Source: Takakia lepidozioides (lineage: Eukaryota; Plantae; Bryophyta). Taken from it: a DNA stretch of 64,000 nucleotides. Each line of letters opens with the position of its first letter. Positions within the stretch are counted from its first letter, which is position 1. The translations under genes were made by a program, and so were the position numbers. Shown in pieces: positions 59,722 to 64,000 of the stretch. Under the pieces are notes generated by a model. The model ran no database searches. It was not told the origin of the DNA and was given only the letters and a program-made list of their open reading frames with translations. The stretch spans positions 51,088,001-51,152,000 of the forward strand of contig CM060731.1 of the NCBI GenBank assembly GCA_030704615.1, written 5' to 3'.

Positions 59722-62700
59722 TTGCAACATAAAGGGTATTGTAAGGCACATCATTGATCTTTAACTCTTTTTTCTCAAGAAGTATGTTGTCTTCTTTCAC
59801 CAAAGGCTTATAAGCTAGATGTGGTAGGGTGACGTAGACTGTCGGTACTTCAATCAAACCCCCCTATTAAACAATCAAAGATTTTGAATTTGAATTTTCA
59901 ATTTACAAATCATATATATAAATATACTAGACTTTAAATTCAAATTGACCTAGTGGTACAAACATAAAAAATAAAAACTCCTGTTAAAATCGATGGCGTA
60001 CCTCTTTCAATGTTTTCACTTATAACTTGAAATGCTAAAATTGTTGTATACTAAAAGACAAACAATTCTTCTAAGTTGATATTTTTTCCTAACTCCAAGA
60101 TTTTTTTATCAACCATGCTTTGTAAGGATTTGATCGAATAATTGAGATTGGAACTCCCCGAGTAAAACTCTCAGATGTTTCTACTATGGTATTATCAAAT
60201 TTAAGACATTTTATAAGCGGATTGTTGCTTGATTTTTATCCGTTAAGCTCGGGCTTGTGAAATAATTCTCGATTGCGTTGACAAATCCGGGTGGTTGTGG
60301 TAGACTCTTTCAATCCCCAAAGTAATCATCATCTTTTAAAAAAACGGAGGGTTTTGAAGTTTTTAGAAAACAATAGATGTCAGACTTTTTACAACGAGAA
60401 ACAGTTTTTTTATTTTCTCTTTCGGGAGAAAATGTATTCTTTTGTTGTTTTCTTATTTCAGTAGTGTTTGTTCTCCAAAAACCATCCATATATATCTGTC
60501 ACCTTCTATCTACATTTCGTTCTTACGTTTAGAATAACAAGTGAAGAAAGAGAAGACTCATTATCTCGGATGTATTCTTTAAGAGACTCCTGAGCCTCTT
60601 GTTTTCGTTTGAAGTTAGAATGGAAAAGAGACGAAACCAAAAGATTGGCTTAGTCTTTGAACCAACTTCTCGCAACACTCATGTTAGTGTTGATTGTACG
60701 ATGTTGCATATCCAAACAAAATGTGGGTTCCAAATTTTGGAGCCCTCAATGATTTTTTTTTCCTTAAATACGTCATCAACCTCCGTCTCCTTGAAGCTCT
60801 CGTTGTATGTCAATGTACCCAAAAAACTACTAACGTGTATAGTAACATCAACTACATTTTATCCCATCACAATACATCTAAGAGACACTAAATCCATGAT
60901 AATAAGTTTTTTGCAGTACACAACCACATCCAGTGATTAGCAGCTCACAAATTTATAAAGACACAGGCAGTGCAAGAGATGATCTAAAGAAATCCACTTG
61001 ATATCATCTTTATCTGAGTTTTATCTAAAATAAATCATGTGTCTAGCTTGCTTTTTACTTTGATTGAAGTGCATATATCGGTCAAGCACTGAAAGCGCCT
61101 TTCAGCTACTCAGCAATTGCATTCTTAAGTTCAATTTGCCTAGATATTGCTAGAAAAACCTCTTCTAATGTTACGGTTATACCCGATTGCAAATCTGGTA
61201 CCCGAATCATGAATTATCAAAAAAAAATTTAATAAATCGAGACTGCCAAAGCTAGTGTTTTTTTTATAAAAACAATTAATAAAAAATAAAATCAAGACCG
61301 CCGAAGAGTTTGTAAAAAGTTACTTGAGTTAGATTTTTAATTTTTAAAACATTATATTTTTTAGAATTTATGATCTTTACTAAGATGGAAAAAATCTAAC
61401 ATCAACTGATTTGTTGCATTTTTTTTACATTGTTTCAGTATGCACTTGATATATAATAGAATGACACGAGTATCATGTGCTTGTATCTACAGCCTAAGCC
61501 ATCAATCAATTTGAATATTGACATTGTAGGGTGTACTACTATACTCTCTCTTCCCAATTTTGCAAAAGGCCGAGAGTCCTTCTATGGCAGATAGTGAACG
61601 CAGCCCAAAACACAAAAATGACGATTACACTAGAGGCGATTTGGCAAGAGTCGTTGCTGAAACTAATGGTGGGGGAGAAGATGAGTCAGTTACCCCAGGA
61701 GAAGAGGATGGGATGCTCGCATACGAAGCCTTTCGTGCTCAAAGAATAACCGAGAACAAAGTCTGGTTGTTACAATGACAACAGAAGGGCAGTACTGGGT
61801 AAGTCAATGCAGTCTCCACGCTCCACTATTGTACATGCAGTGCTCCCCTCTTCCTTCATTGTTTGGCTCACATTCTCAGTTCCTCATTTACTCAAGTAAC
61901 ACTTGCATTGCGCTCCCCATCGTTCCTGGCCCAACGTAGCCTCCCCTGCGTTGTCATGGGCCACACTCGCTAGTGTTACATAACGACGTCCCTAGATTAC
62001 AGTAGCCCCTCACTGACTGCCATGTCAGTAATCAGCAGTTGTTATGGACATTAAAGTAGTGGTTACTTTATACCCTAGTTTTTATTTTGAAAAAAAATGA
62101 TGTGTCTACATCTCATCTCCGCCACTAGATGGACTTGGACCGTCCGATGCAACCCGGAACCTGGACAACGTCGCGACAGGTCTCTCATTTTTTCTCTACT
62201 CACACACACAGTCTCTCGCGTTTTTTGCATAAATCGCTTTTACACATTGCTAAGTGCCTCTCGCGATTGTTTTCCGAGTTCCTACTTTAGAGATAAATAA
62301 TGCGCCTCGCGAAAAACCCGTTATGTGTGGAATGGCCCATTGCGAAGAAGTAGTCGTTTGAGTACAAATACTCATGTTCACATGGGTGTGGGAAAAAAAG
62401 AGTCGAGCGACTGGGAGAGGAACTCGAAGGAGGATAATACTGCGACTCGTAGTGCAGATTACTCACCAGAGATCTTGACCAGGTCCAAGTGCAAACTTAT
62501 TAACTAGATATTATTTAGTTAGTTTCACACTAACAGTGAAACTTGACATAGTGTTTATGTGTTTGGTTTTTAAGTATTAAGGATAAGAGAATTTTTCTCT
62601 CATATGGCGAAATTATCGCCAATTTTTTTCATGTTCTAAAGTTTTGAGGCTAGTGGATTATCCCCCGAGAGGGTCATAGGCCCACCGTGGAATCACGAAA

Positions 62701-64000
62701 CTAACTAAAAAGAGCAATAACTAAGAGTAAGGGCTGCCCAAAAAGGCAGCCACCCAATCTATAAGTGGGACGATCTTAGGGGTATGGTCAAAGGTCAAGA
62801 AAGCGTTTTTTAGTGGGATACTTGACGTCACCATCACGGCCAACTGCCGCAAGACCCGCATTATAGTACGACAGAAAATGATAGTGGCCTACTGGATAAT
62901 AGCGTCTAGCGGCCATATCCGTGAGCTCAAATCGTAAAGAGTTGACTGGGCGGTTAATGTTGGACGGCCGCATTTCACGCTTTATTTTGCGGTCACGGAC
63001 CGCTGGCCTAGAAGCGTCGCACCACTTGGCGCCACCATGCCTCTCCGATTGACCTGAGGATTTACAGGCACTTACGGAGCACCTAATCATAATTTATTAC
63101 CAATTTTTGGGATTTATGGTTAATGTTAGCAGCGGCACCGAAATACAAGGCCTATGGCACTTGTGGCGACCGATTTAAGTGATTTCTATGTATGTCATTG
63201 GATGAAATGACTCAAATTCGTCCTGGGGGTTTTGGATGTTAACCGCCACTTAGTGGTCAAAGAGGATGAGGAAGAACCTTAACTTGATGAGACTAAATAC
63301 AAATCCAATTTGTAAAACTAGTAGAGATTATCTTTGCAAATGAAACATATAGCATTAATTTGTAACCACATATCAATGCAATCCTTATGAAAACTATGCT
63401 TGCAGAATGACAGTTGTCGAAAAAAATCCCCATATGCAAGAGCTCCAAAGTAAATAGAACATGTTTGCTCTTCCCTTCCGACGGGAAGAACCTCGCAAAC
63501 TAGAGAGAGATATGATAAAAAAACTACTAAAGTGCAATAAACAAATATTTAGATGAAACTCATTCGGGAAACCGGTCAGTTTGTGGTTGACTTTATCTTG
63601 TACATTGTGTCATTGGCTATTGCGTCATGATTGACTCTATTTTATTGCGTATAAAATTTCATAATATGTTATGTATAGATACCTTGGGTTTGCACATAAT
63701 TTCACTATATACGTTGAATCATTTTTTGTGCTTCTCATGGTCTTTGTTGCTCCTCACTATGAAAGAGAAACCACCATAAGTGTCCAAAGTTGTGTTCTTC
63801 TGTAAGCAAAAACTGTCGCTTTCTGGATTTGAGGATAGATAGAGTCAACCGCAAACTTGATTTTATTATGTCTAGGATGAGACTAAATACGAATCCGACC
63901 CTAAGAAACTATTAGTAGTTGTTAGGGAATTGTGCAATACCAGAACTACACTGCACCCATTATGGAAGGTACACTGCGTTAGAGATACTGGTTCGAACAA

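Noticed and set aside
62788-63090. GC-richer 100-aa ORF in the AT-rich tail
   Set aside because: No recognisable family in any frame examined.

Overview
Eukaryotic nuclear DNA from a land plant, probably seed-free (inferred from spliceosomal introns, a PLS-class PPR remnant and a GH28 polygalacturonase). There are two apparently intact multi-exon host genes: an AP-1 mu adaptin (33396-38004) and a polygalacturonase (45434-48729). The rest is dominated by transposons. (1) A complete 12.5-kb CACTA element (4834-17302; TIRs, CAA TSD) has divergently arranged TnpD and TnpA-like genes, and the TnpA-like gene carries an FCP1/NIF phosphatase-like domain between its two transposon domains. (2) A ~7.7-kb Dualen/RandI-like LINE encodes APE, RT, RNase H, a CCHC finger and a restriction-like endonuclease, preceded by a 2A-like NPGP motif. 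(3) A 4.3-kb piggyBac has TIRs and TTAA TSDs. Also present: a LINE fragment split by the CACTA, a second TnpA-like pseudogene, a Tourist-like MITE, a small CACTA derivative, a hAT fragment, and two inverted copies of an unexplained ~2.1-kb repeat bracketing the 24-kb nest. All TE ORFs carry frameshifts or stops. Calls come from motif reading by eye; no database search was run.
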